Position numbers and translations under genes: made by a program. Of a stretch of 64,000 nt of DNA, positions 17,811 to 25,943 are shown in pieces. A model generated the notes under the pieces. The model made no database searches. It saw nothing but the letters and a program-made list of their open reading frames with translations, and had not been told where the DNA came from. Location of the stretch: positions 55,753 through 119,752 of the forward strand of contig BTWA01000017.1 of the NCBI GenBank assembly GCA_045863295.1, read 5' to 3'. Source of the DNA: Candidatus Hydrogenedentota bacterium. GTDB taxonomy: Bacteria; Hydrogenedentota; Hydrogenedentia; Hydrogenedentales; SLHB01. Positions within the stretch are counted from its first letter, which is position 1. Each line of letters starts with the position of its first letter.

Positions 17811-18890
17811 TTACGCCGCAGCGACTTTGACGGTATCGAGCACTTCCTGGACAATTTGATCCGTCTTGATGTCTTCGGCTTCGCCTTCGAAGTTAAGTAG
17901 GATGCGGTGGCGCAGTGCGGGCACTGCCACCTCACGAATATCTTCTTCAGCCACGTGATAGCGGCCATCCAACAGGGCGCGCACCTTCGCGCCCAAAATC
18001 ATGGCCTGCAAACCGCGGGGGCTGGAGCCATAGCGTACATACCGCTTGACCAGTGCGGTGCCGCGGCCGGATTGGGGCTGCGTGCTTTGAAGCACGCCTG
18101 CTGCGTACCGCTCCACATGTGCCGCAATTGGGACATCGCGCACGATCCCCTGCAATGCGGCGAGTTCCTTATCCGTGACGGCGACCGCTGCCCGTGGCAT
18201 CTCTCGCGTCGTAGTCCGGCGTGCTACCTCAATGAGTTCCTCAAGCGACGGGGTATTCACGTTCAATTTGAAGAAGAACCGGTCCAACTGCGCCTCGGGC
18301 AATGGATACGTGCCTTCCATTTCTAGCGGGTTCTGGGTGGCTATTACATAAAACGGGGGTCCCAGCCGGTGGGTCTCTCCGGCAACCGTTACGGACCGCT
18401 CCTGCATCGCTTCCAGAAGGGCCGACTGGGTCTTTGGCGTTGCCCGGTTGATTTCATCCGCCAGCAACACCTGTGTGAACAACGGCCCTGGGTGAAAAGC
18501 GAAATGTTTGCGTCCCGTATCATCCTCGTTCACCACGCGCGTGCCGATGATGTCGGACGGCATCAAATCCGGCGTGAATTGAATACGCGAAAACTTGCAG
18601 TGAATCGAATCGGCGAGTGTGTGTACCAGCAGCGTCTTGCCAATCCCGGGCACGCCCTCCAGAAGCACGTGGCCGCCGCCCATCAATGCGGTCAACACAT
18701 CCTCGACCAATCGATTCTGTCCGACAATGACCTTGGCGATTTCCTTTTGAGTGGCGCGAAACGCTTCGATGAATTTCGCGGCGCTGTGCTCGAAGGAGGC
18801 TTTCTTCGCCGGTTTCGGTGCAGACCGTTCCGTCTTTGCCGCAGTTGTTTTCTTTTTCGCGGTTGCGGCCTGTTTCACTGCTTTCGCCAC
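17811..18890 (-). CDS. moxR: MoxR family AAA+ ATPase
   Basis: Walker A GVPGIGKT, RIQFTPDLMPSD, Walker B LADEINRA, ATQNPLEMEGTYPLPEAQLDRF; GTG 18890 behind a GAGG RBS. Confidence 0.95.
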   Translation of the reverse strand: MAKAVKQAATAKKKTTAAKTERSAPKPAKKASFEHSAAKFIEAFRATQKEIAKVIVGQNRLVEDVLTALMGGGHVLLEGVPGIGKTLLVHTLADSIHCKFSRIQFTPDLMPSDIIGTRVVNEDDTGRKHFAFHPGPLFTQVLLADEINRATPKTQSALLEAMQERSVTVAGETHRLGPPFYVIATQNPLEMEGTYPLPEAQLDRFFFKLNVNTPSLEELIEVARRTTTREMPRAAVAVTDKELAALQGIVRDVPIAAHVERYAAGVLQSTQPQSGRGTALVKRYVRYGSSPRGLQAMILGAKVRALLDGRYHVAEEDIREVAVPALRHRILLNFEGEAEDIKTDQIVQEVLDTVKVAAA

Positions 18891-19103
18891 TCGATACCTC
18901 CCCACTGGCAGCGTATTTCACGCCGAGGTAGATGTATGAACATTGCGCCTTGCGTCAAATGACCGAATATCGCCCAAGGCGATCAAGAATCGCCGCGGAT
19001 TGGGGGGTTTACCGTGTCCGAATGTGTTGCCGTCTCCGTTATTGCGGTCGCGCGATAAGCAGCCCGCCATCGCGTGACGCAAGAACGACAGGAAAACGTG
19101 TTT

Positions 19104-20642
19104 TTACTCGGTGGGCCGAATGGCCTGGAAATACCGCTTCACGTGAAACCGGTGGCTGAGCGGAATTTCCTCTTTCTCGATTGCTTCCTCGGCCACCGCG
19201 GCGTACTCCGCGTATACATCGGTCGCGCCAATCTGGCTTTCGGAAGTCTGGCCTTCGGTTACTTCCACTTCGGAGTCAACCGGCCCGTCGCCGGCGGTAC
19301 CTTTCACTTCAAGCATATTGCGATAACTGGCGGCGAGGCGGCTCGGATCGCCGAACGGATCGCCGGTCGCGCCTTTGCCCGCTTTCAAACCACCTTTGCC
19401 CTTGCCCTCGCCATCGCCGTAGCCGCCTTCCTTGCCTTGCTCACCTTTGCCGCTGCCGTTGCACTTGGCGCAGCCGCCGCCGCTACAGGCCTTGCACTCT
19501 TTCTTTTGGCCCAAATTGAGTTTGGCCATGCCGATGCGCTTCTGGGCCTGGCTCATTTTTTTGTATTTGCTCACGCTTGACATCTTGTTGCCCGCCGATG
19601 TGCACGCATCGCAGAACTTGTCCGAATCGCCGGACTTCATGGCCTCGGAAGCATTTGCCATGTCGCCGCCAAACGATCCCTTCTGTTTGGAGCCCAACTT
19701 CGCGGCCGCAACACCCATGTTCATGGCCAGTTGTTCTTTGTCTTTTTCGGACAATTCCTTGGCCCGTTCCTTCTTGCCCAGTTCATCCATTTCTTGCGCG
19801 GCTTTGTCGAGTTGCTGCTCTTTTAATGCCATCGCCACGGCTTTTGTAGCCTCGGCCGCCATCAGGTGGGGTACCAACTGGTTCAGCTCGTTTTGAAGAT
19901 TCTCCACGCCGGCCTGTTTCAAGCTCTGGCGAAGATCTTCGTCCAGTCGCGCCAATTCGATCATGACATCGCGCTCGGCCATTTCACCTTGTTTGAAGCG
20001 CCGCTCGATTTCCTTCAGATTTTCAAGAACCTTTTCCAGCTCTTCGTTTTCAGTTCCTTGCGCCATCAGGTCGTCGCTGAGTTGGCGCAGTTCATCCAGT
20101 TGTTGCGCCTTGCGTTGATCCACCGCCGCTTCCGCCACAGACGGCGAAAAGCGGGAAGGCATAAAGAAGCTTACGGCGACGAGCGCCAGTAACACCGGAA
20201 TTGCCAATGCGTAACGAGGCAGACGCTGGTGCAAGGCGCGTCCCACGTTCAATGACTCCGCATGGCGAAGCGCATCGCGAATTTGCAGTACCTTCGGCTC
20301 ATCGAGTTCAGCGGAATCGGAAAGGAATTCCCATGCCGTGGAAAGCCGATCCTTCAACGCGGCGCCTTCGTCCAGCGCCAACGCGGAATCCAATGGAGTG
20401 CGCAGGCGCGCCCACGCAAAAAGGAGGGAGGCGAGAATCCATGCGCCAGCCGCGCCCCCTGCAATGGCAACGCTCCATTGGCCTGACGCCAACCATTGAT
20501 CCAGCGCCACGGACACGGCCGCCACCGGCAATAAAACAAGTCCAGCATTGACGACGTTACGCATGCAGGATTGGAAGAAAAGGCGGCGCCGGGCGGAAGC
20601 CACGGTACGCATCAACACATCGCGGGAGTGCTCATTACTCAT
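19104..20642 (-). CDS. Membrane-anchored coiled-coil protein with CxxCxGxG motifs, first gene of the MoxR operon
   Basis: Three TM segments, LD...LKDRLSTAWE motif, long E/K/Q-rich helices, Gly-rich linker, C-terminal EEIPLSHRFHVKRYF; ATG 20642 behind AGGAGG. Confidence 0.75.
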   Translation of the reverse strand: MSNEHSRDVLMRTVASARRRLFFQSCMRNVVNAGLVLLPVAAVSVALDQWLASGQWSVAIAGGAAGAWILASLLFAWARLRTPLDSALALDEGAALKDRLSTAWEFLSDSAELDEPKVLQIRDALRHAESLNVGRALHQRLPRYALAIPVLLALVAVSFFMPSRFSPSVAEAAVDQRKAQQLDELRQLSDDLMAQGTENEELEKVLENLKEIERRFKQGEMAERDVMIELARLDEDLRQSLKQAGVENLQNELNQLVPHLMAAEATKAVAMALKEQQLDKAAQEMDELGKKERAKELSEKDKEQLAMNMGVAAAKLGSKQKGSFGGDMANASEAMKSGDSDKFCDACTSAGNKMSSVSKYKKMSQAQKRIGMAKLNLGQKKECKACSGGGCAKCNGSGKGEQGKEGGYGDGEGKGKGGLKAGKGATGDPFGDPSRLAASYRNMLEVKGTAGDGPVDSEVEVTEGQTSESQIGATDVYAEYAAVAEEAIEKEEIPLSHRFHVKRYFQAIRPTE

Positions 20643-20670
20643 AACCGTCTTGCCTCCTGACCTTCTCGCC

Positions 20671-20699
20671 ATGCTACCAGTAGTAGAACAACCTGTCAA
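20671..20699 (-). promoter_or_regulatory. Sigma70-type promoter of the MoxR operon
   Basis: Minus strand TTGACA (20699-20694), 17-nt spacer, TGG-TAGCAT extended -10 (20676-20671), just upstream of the AGGAGG RBS. Confidence 0.7.
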
Positions 20700-20898
20700 T
20701 GAGATACCCGTGCACCAGAAACAATCATTGTTCCACTTCGACAACGGACCCCAGCCTTCCCGTACTCGACGGGCATCACCACTGCCTTAAAAGACGCCGC
20801 CGGTTGGTAAATGGTTAACGGCGGCGAAGTGCTTCCGTGCGAGCGTAATGACCCGAATTGCGTTGGGAGGTCAAACGCTTCCCCTATCCAACAGATAT

Positions 20899-20922
20899 GA
20901 CGCCGAAGCGGCCGATTTGTTC
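20899..20922 (-). promoter_or_regulatory. Candidate ECF-sigma promoter
   Basis: Minus strand GAAC-N16-CGTC, same geometry as the motif upstream of the ECF sigma gene at 40139-40163. Confidence 0.4.
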
Positions 20923-20948
20923 GAAAAGGACCGGCGATGAACTATCAC

Positions 20949-20978
20949 TTGACGCACTATACCGTAATGCGATATAGT
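20949..20978 (+). promoter_or_regulatory. padR promoter with overlapping palindromic operator
   Basis: TTGACG-N18-TATAGT; inverted repeat ACTATA-N11-TATAGT (20956-20978) covers the spacer and -10. Confidence 0.6.
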
Positions 20979-21002
20979 TAATCAAGGCCACGGAATTGAC
21001 CC

Positions 21003-21365
21003 ATGACACCCAATGATTCACTTGCAAACTGGAAAACACAGCTTCGAAAGGGGTTCTTGGATCTCTGTATCTTGCGCTATCTAAATGCCCGCGAATTCTA
21101 TGGTTACGACCTTGTGCAAGAGCTCAGGAAGGTCGACGGGACGGCCATGCGGGAAGGCATTATCTACCCGGTCCTTGCACGACTGCAGGAAGACGGGCTG
21201 GTCACAAACGAGCGTCGGCTTTCCAATTCAGGTCCGCCCCGAAAGTACTACCAGATTACCCCCGAGGGCCAGCGGGTCTTGATGGAAATGGAAGCACACT
21301 GGCGGCGGATTGCCGAGGCGATGGCCGCGCCGATCCGGCTGGAGAAGGAGCACGAACATGCGTGA
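21003..21365 (+). CDS. PadR family transcriptional regulator
   Basis: WKTQLRKGFLDLCIL...YGYDL...EGIIYPVLARL..DGLV...GPPRKYYQITPEG. Confidence 0.93.
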   Translation: MTPNDSLANWKTQLRKGFLDLCILRYLNAREFYGYDLVQELRKVDGTAMREGIIYPVLARLQEDGLVTNERRLSNSGPPRKYYQITPEGQRVLMEMEAHWRRIAEAMAAPIRLEKEHEHA

Positions 21366-21951
21366 TACCCCGTACGACGCCTACTTGGATTGCGTGGAAG
21401 ACGCTCTTGAAAGTACCGGACATCCCCGTGCGCGCGAAGTCGTGGACGACCTGCGGATTCATCTGGCGGAGCTCCGTGCCGCCGCCGCCAGGCCGCATTC
21501 CATGGCCGATCTAATCGAGCAGTTGGGTGCGCCGGAGGAATACGTGGAGAGCATCGGCCCAATCCGGTCCTGGTTGGTACGTGCAACGTCCGCACCCGGT
21601 CGCGAATGCCGTGCAAGACGATTCCCATCGGGAAATGACCGAGTCGTGCTTGTCGCTGTCAACGCATTGTTGTCTGTGCTCTTTCTGACGGCGATTCTTC
21701 CTTTGTTCATCTTTATGGCACACGGCCCCTTCGAATGGGGCTCGGGAACCGGCGGCACGCCTGCGTATGTATTTCGCACCATGCTCATCTTTGGCCCTGT
21801 CTTATGGGGAGCCAGTCACATCGTGACCCTGCCCGTGATGGAAATGGTATTCCGCCTTGTAAGGCCGCGATCCGGACGAATGCCGATCTATCTGGGTACT
21901 TCGTGGTGCATTTGGATTGGATTAATGGTAGTCGGCGCAATGGGCGACTAA
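21358..21951 (+). CDS. HAAS/DUF1700-like domain membrane protein 1 (3 TM)
   Basis: ATG overlaps the padR 3' end; N-terminal YL..V..AL...EVVDDLRIHL.E...LIEQLGAPEEY; three C-terminal hydrophobic helices. Confidence 0.7.
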   Translation: MRDTPYDAYLDCVEDALESTGHPRAREVVDDLRIHLAELRAAAARPHSMADLIEQLGAPEEYVESIGPIRSWLVRATSAPGRECRARRFPSGNDRVVLVAVNALLSVLFLTAILPLFIFMAHGPFEWGSGTGGTPAYVFRTMLIFGPVLWGASHIVTLPVMEMVFRLVRPRSGRMPIYLGTSWCIWIGLMVVGAMGD

Positions 21952-21969
21952 CCGTCTCGGAGCAATGCC

Positions 21970-23043
21970 ATGGCAAAGCACGACCATGCGAACTACATCA
22001 GAATAGTCTCGGACGCCCTGGAACGAACCGGCCATCCGCGCCGGAACGAAGTGCTTGATGATCTAAGCACGCATTTGGACGAGATTATCGCGCGAACCAA
22101 ACAGCCCTTGGACATGGCGTATCTGATTGAGACGTTGGGTCCTCCGGAGGAATATGCGGAATCGCTGGCCCCAGCGACGGGCTACCGGTCAAAGCCATGG
22201 TACCGGAGAAAGAGTGTGCGCACGGCGGGCGTGGCGGCAATTGCGGGAGTCGTGGTGTTGATTGCAGTGCTTCCCGGCCCCGAAGCCATTTCGGCGCGCG
22301 TGCGCGAGATGTTCGGCACAAACTACAGCGCCTATCCCTTTCTCGATCTCGCCGTGTTGCGGGAGTTGACGCCGGGACTTACGGAAAATGAGGTGCGCGA
22401 TGCCATCGGCATTCCGCTGCATCGCGCAGTCTGGTCCGGGAAGGAAAACGAAATCGAATGGCAGTACACCGCGCCGCCGGTTGCCGGTGCAGCGTACTAC
22501 ACCCACGGATCCGCTGTATTTGGCAAAGTAGACGGCCGACTGCTTCGAACTGAAGTCGAGCGACACTCGCTGCCTTCAGTATCCGGCGGTATCCCTTTGA
22601 GTTTGAACGTGGGCCGGGTGACCCTCATCGGCCTTGACGGTAACGAGACGGTAATAGCTCCCGGCGATCCCAGACCGTGCGTTGTAGCGATTTTGCGCCA
22701 TGCCTATGGGCGCATTGACGATCGCGTGCGAGTTCACCATGAGTTCATCACGGAACGATGGGACGCGTCGATGGTGAGCGGAGTATTGTTCGCCTACTTG
22801 CTGGAGTCCGAATCCTTAGCGGACACCCCCGCAACCGAAATCTCGACCCTTCCAGAAGGGGTCCAAATTTTTCGACGCAGTAAACCGCACCTGTCCATTG
22901 AATCCGGCGAAACGTGGATTTACAGCGGGGGCATTTTGTACCGGTATCCACAGGTTGCGCTCACCGGGATTGAACAGATTACGCAGGGTTATTACGACGA
23001 TCAGGCGTGGTTGGTGCGTTGGCTAATCCGGCAGTCCGATTAA
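21970..23043 (+). CDS. HAAS/DUF1700-like domain membrane protein 2 (1 TM + SmpA/OmlA-like domain)
   Basis: Same N-terminal module (ALERTGHPRRNEVLDDLSTHL...LGPPEEYAESL), one TM helix, LTPGLTENEVRDAIGIP...WQY. Confidence 0.7.
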   Translation: MAKHDHANYIRIVSDALERTGHPRRNEVLDDLSTHLDEIIARTKQPLDMAYLIETLGPPEEYAESLAPATGYRSKPWYRRKSVRTAGVAAIAGVVVLIAVLPGPEAISARVREMFGTNYSAYPFLDLAVLRELTPGLTENEVRDAIGIPLHRAVWSGKENEIEWQYTAPPVAGAAYYTHGSAVFGKVDGRLLRTEVERHSLPSVSGGIPLSLNVGRVTLIGLDGNETVIAPGDPRPCVVAILRHAYGRIDDRVRVHHEFITERWDASMVSGVLFAYLLESESLADTPATEISTLPEGVQIFRRSKPHLSIESGETWIYSGGILYRYPQVALTGIEQITQGYYDDQAWLVRWLIRQSD

Positions 23044-23067
23044 AAGCCGCAGAGGAGCGGACAATCC

Positions 23068-24228
23068 ATGGCGAAGGAAGTTTACGAGACCTATTTGAAG
23101 CGCGTATCGCAGGCGCTTGAGCGTACCGGGCATTCTCGACGAGGCGAGGTACTCGACGACCTTCGGGAACACTTGACCGAGTTCGCAGCGCAGTCCGAAG
23201 AATCGGTAACCCTGGATTCGTTGATTCAGACCCTAGGTTCGCCCGAGGAGTATGCGGAAAATCTCGCCACACCGGGCAGCTTGATAGCGAAGCCATGGTT
23301 TCGCAGCCGCGCCTTCTGGACTCTTTCCATAATGGCCGTATTATTTCTAGTCGCGGCCGGTCTTGTGTGGCAACGCCACACCATAGCGGCCCACTATCGC
23401 GAAATCGGTCACCGGAACTTCACAGCAAACCCCTTCTTCGATCTTACGAAAGCGCGGGCCATCAAGGCGGGCGCTTCCGCGAGCGAAATCCGGGAAGCCA
23501 TTGGATTTCCTTTGAAACGCTACACGGGTTATCTGAAATCCGAGTTGGCCAATATGGATCGCGCGCCGGGAGACGCCCCGTTCGCGCTCACGGCGTCGAA
23601 GGACGAAATCGTTTGGGAGTACACGGCTTCCCCCGATCCGAAATCGCCGTTTTACACGGTCTGCAATGTGATCACCGATAGGGATATGAAATTCGTTCGA
23701 GTGGATGTAACGCGCAACTACGTGCCTTTGGCCGAGCAATTCACGTTTTTCCGCGCGCCCCTGTCGCACGCTGCGGGAGACGTGACCCTCATGCGCGGCG
23801 AATCCGAAGCGAAAACCCTTGGTCGAGAGGACTCAGACGTCTATGTACTGCTCTCGACCATCGTCCAGGGGGATTTGGTGGAGCACTGCCGTTTGGAACG
23901 GGAAAAGCTCGCGAATTCCTTGGGGAGCTTGAGCCTGGATCGCGTCCATGTCGTCAACACACCCGTAGCGACCGATGAGCCACCTCTCGAAGCCCGGTTG
24001 GACGGCCTACCCGACGGCGAGCCAATATATAGCGGCTTGCGGATGGCCGTATCCGGATGGATTGCCGCCAAAGGGATAGTACATGGATATGGGCACGTGT
24101 ATTTTTATCATCGAGGGGTTCTGTACGAGAGTCCAGAACCCTACACGGGATCCGACTCGGCGCTGAAGGCGGCCCGCACAGACGATGTGCGTTGGCTGTT
24201 AGAAAAATTGTTGTCTGGCGGCACCTGA
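23068..24228 (+). CDS. HAAS/DUF1700-like domain membrane protein 3 (1 TM + SmpA/OmlA-like domain)
   Basis: ALERTGHSRRGEVLDDLREHL...LGSPEEYAENL, one TM helix, IKAGASASEIREAIGFP...WEY; GAGGAG RBS. Confidence 0.7.
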   Translation: MAKEVYETYLKRVSQALERTGHSRRGEVLDDLREHLTEFAAQSEESVTLDSLIQTLGSPEEYAENLATPGSLIAKPWFRSRAFWTLSIMAVLFLVAAGLVWQRHTIAAHYREIGHRNFTANPFFDLTKARAIKAGASASEIREAIGFPLKRYTGYLKSELANMDRAPGDAPFALTASKDEIVWEYTASPDPKSPFYTVCNVITDRDMKFVRVDVTRNYVPLAEQFTFFRAPLSHAAGDVTLMRGESEAKTLGREDSDVYVLLSTIVQGDLVEHCRLEREKLANSLGSLSLDRVHVVNTPVATDEPPLEARLDGLPDGEPIYSGLRMAVSGWIAAKGIVHGYGHVYFYHRGVLYESPEPYTGSDSALKAARTDDVRWLLEKLLSGGT

Positions 24229-24512
24229 GCGAAGAACCCTGTGCGGCAAAGTCTATCCCGTGCAAGCCAGACCACAACTCCCTCTGCTCCTGAAATTCTC
24301 CGTAACCCTTTCACCGGTTGGATGTTGGCGATGTCAGTTAAGCGCCAGCTTCACGTTGCACTTAGGCCTGCAATAGGGGTAGGCTAATCTTAGGGGACCG
24401 ATACCGGGCGTGAACGCCCGTCCCGCCAGCGGCCCCCGGGCGCACTCGTGCGTTGCGGCAGTTTTAGCGGCCGTTCGCACGATGAGGAATTTATCGATAA
24501 AAGGAGTCGATC

Positions 24513-25880
24513 ATGTTTTGTGACCGCATCACCCGCTTGACGTTAACGGTAACGGCCTTTGCGTTTACTTTGTGTACCAGCGCACTTGCAACGCCTTTGG
24601 ACGATTATGTGGCCAAGCCGGACCCGGCTTTCTCGTATGACCTCGATCCCGCCAATGTCGTGGAGAATGAGAAGTTTACGGCCAAGACCTACCATTTGGT
24701 TTCTCAAACGTGGCTTACGGAGGGCCAAGTCGACCGGACCAAGTGGGAACACTGGGTGATCGTGTACGTGCCCAAGGAATTGGAGCATGAGACCGCGCTC
24801 GTCTTCATTAACGGCGGCAGCAACGGCGGCGACGCCCCCAAGGCCGATGGCCCGTTGGGGCAAGTTGCCGTGATGACAAAATCGATTCTGGTCGATGTGA
24901 AGCAGATCCCCAATCAGCCATTGAAATTCCCCGACGAGCAGGACGAGCGTTACAAGGAACGCGGCCGTAGCGAAGACGCGATGATCACCTACGGCTGGGA
25001 CAAGTTTCTGGTCGGCGGCGATCCCATTTGGCTGGCGCGCCTTCCCATGACCAAAGCCGTCGTGCGCGCGATGGACATGGCCCAAAAAGAGAATCCGACG
25101 ATTAAGAACTTCTTCATCTGCGGCGGATCCAAGCGCGGCTGGACCACGTGGACGACAGCGGCCGTGGACAAGCGCGTCATCGGTATCGCGCCGGCCGTGA
25201 TCGACGTCCTTAACCTTGCCAAGTCATTGGACAATCATTTCGATTCATACGGCTTCTGGGCGCCGGCGGTGGGCGACTATGTCGATATGAACATTCTTCC
25301 TCGCCGCCATACGCCGGAGTTTGCGAAGCTGGAAGCAGTCGTCGATCCCATCACCTATGTCGACCGGCTCACCATGCCGAAATACATCATGAACGGCACC
25401 GGCGATCAGTTCTTCCCGCCGGATTCGTGGAAACTCTATTTCGACGACCTCAAAGGCGAGAAGTACTTACGGTACATTCCCAACACCGATCATGGATTGA
25501 ATCTGGATGCCTACACGAACATGGCTTCGTTCTATCATGCGGTGATGACCGGAACTCCCCGCCCCCGGTTTGCCTGGAAACAGATGGACGACGGCCAACT
25601 CGAAATTCGCTGCATCGACAAGCCCACGAAAATCCTGCTCTGGCAGGCCACCAATCCCGCTGCCCGTGATTTCCGGGTGGAGTCCGTGGGCAAAATCTAC
25701 ACCAGCACCCCGGCTGAAGAAGTGGAACCCGGCATCTACCGCACAAATGTGGCTGTGCCGGAAAAAGGCTGGACAGCGTTTTTGCTTGAATTGGAATTCC
25801 CCAACCCGAACTTCACCAGCCCATTCAAGTTCACGACAGGCGTAAGCATCTTGCCGGATACGTATCCGGGCCGGAAATAG
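24513..25880 (+). CDS. PqaA-family (PhoPQ-activated pathogenicity-related) alpha/beta hydrolase, exported
   Basis: Signal peptide, TPLDDYVAKPD, LVSQTW, PNQPL, RSED, LPMTKAVVRAMD, GGSKRGWTTW; AAGGAG RBS. Confidence 0.88.
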   Translation: MFCDRITRLTLTVTAFAFTLCTSALATPLDDYVAKPDPAFSYDLDPANVVENEKFTAKTYHLVSQTWLTEGQVDRTKWEHWVIVYVPKELEHETALVFINGGSNGGDAPKADGPLGQVAVMTKSILVDVKQIPNQPLKFPDEQDERYKERGRSEDAMITYGWDKFLVGGDPIWLARLPMTKAVVRAMDMAQKENPTIKNFFICGGSKRGWTTWTTAAVDKRVIGIAPAVIDVLNLAKSLDNHFDSYGFWAPAVGDYVDMNILPRRHTPEFAKLEAVVDPITYVDRLTMPKYIMNGTGDQFFPPDSWKLYFDDLKGEKYLRYIPNTDHGLNLDAYTNMASFYHAVMTGTPRPRFAWKQMDDGQLEIRCIDKPTKILLWQATNPAARDFRVESVGKIYTSTPAEEVEPGIYRTNVAVPEKGWTAFLLELEFPNPNFTSPFKFTTGVSILPDTYPGRK

Positions 25881-25899
25881 TTCTCATCAATAACGACCA

Positions 25900-25932
25900 A
25901 CGCCCCCGGATCCCTGCGGGATCCGGGGGCGT
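25900..25932. terminator. Perfect 15-bp hairpin between convergent genes (probable bidirectional terminator)
   Basis: ACGCCCCCGGATCCC-TGC-GGGATCCGGGGGCGT. Confidence 0.75.
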
Positions 25933-25943
25933 GTATGTTTCCG

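Noticed and set aside
17811..18890. MoxR as part of a MoxR-vWA ternary conflict system
   Set aside because: Partners are DUF58 and Bat-type membrane VWA proteins with no effector or peptidase domains, which fits the chaperone-type operon
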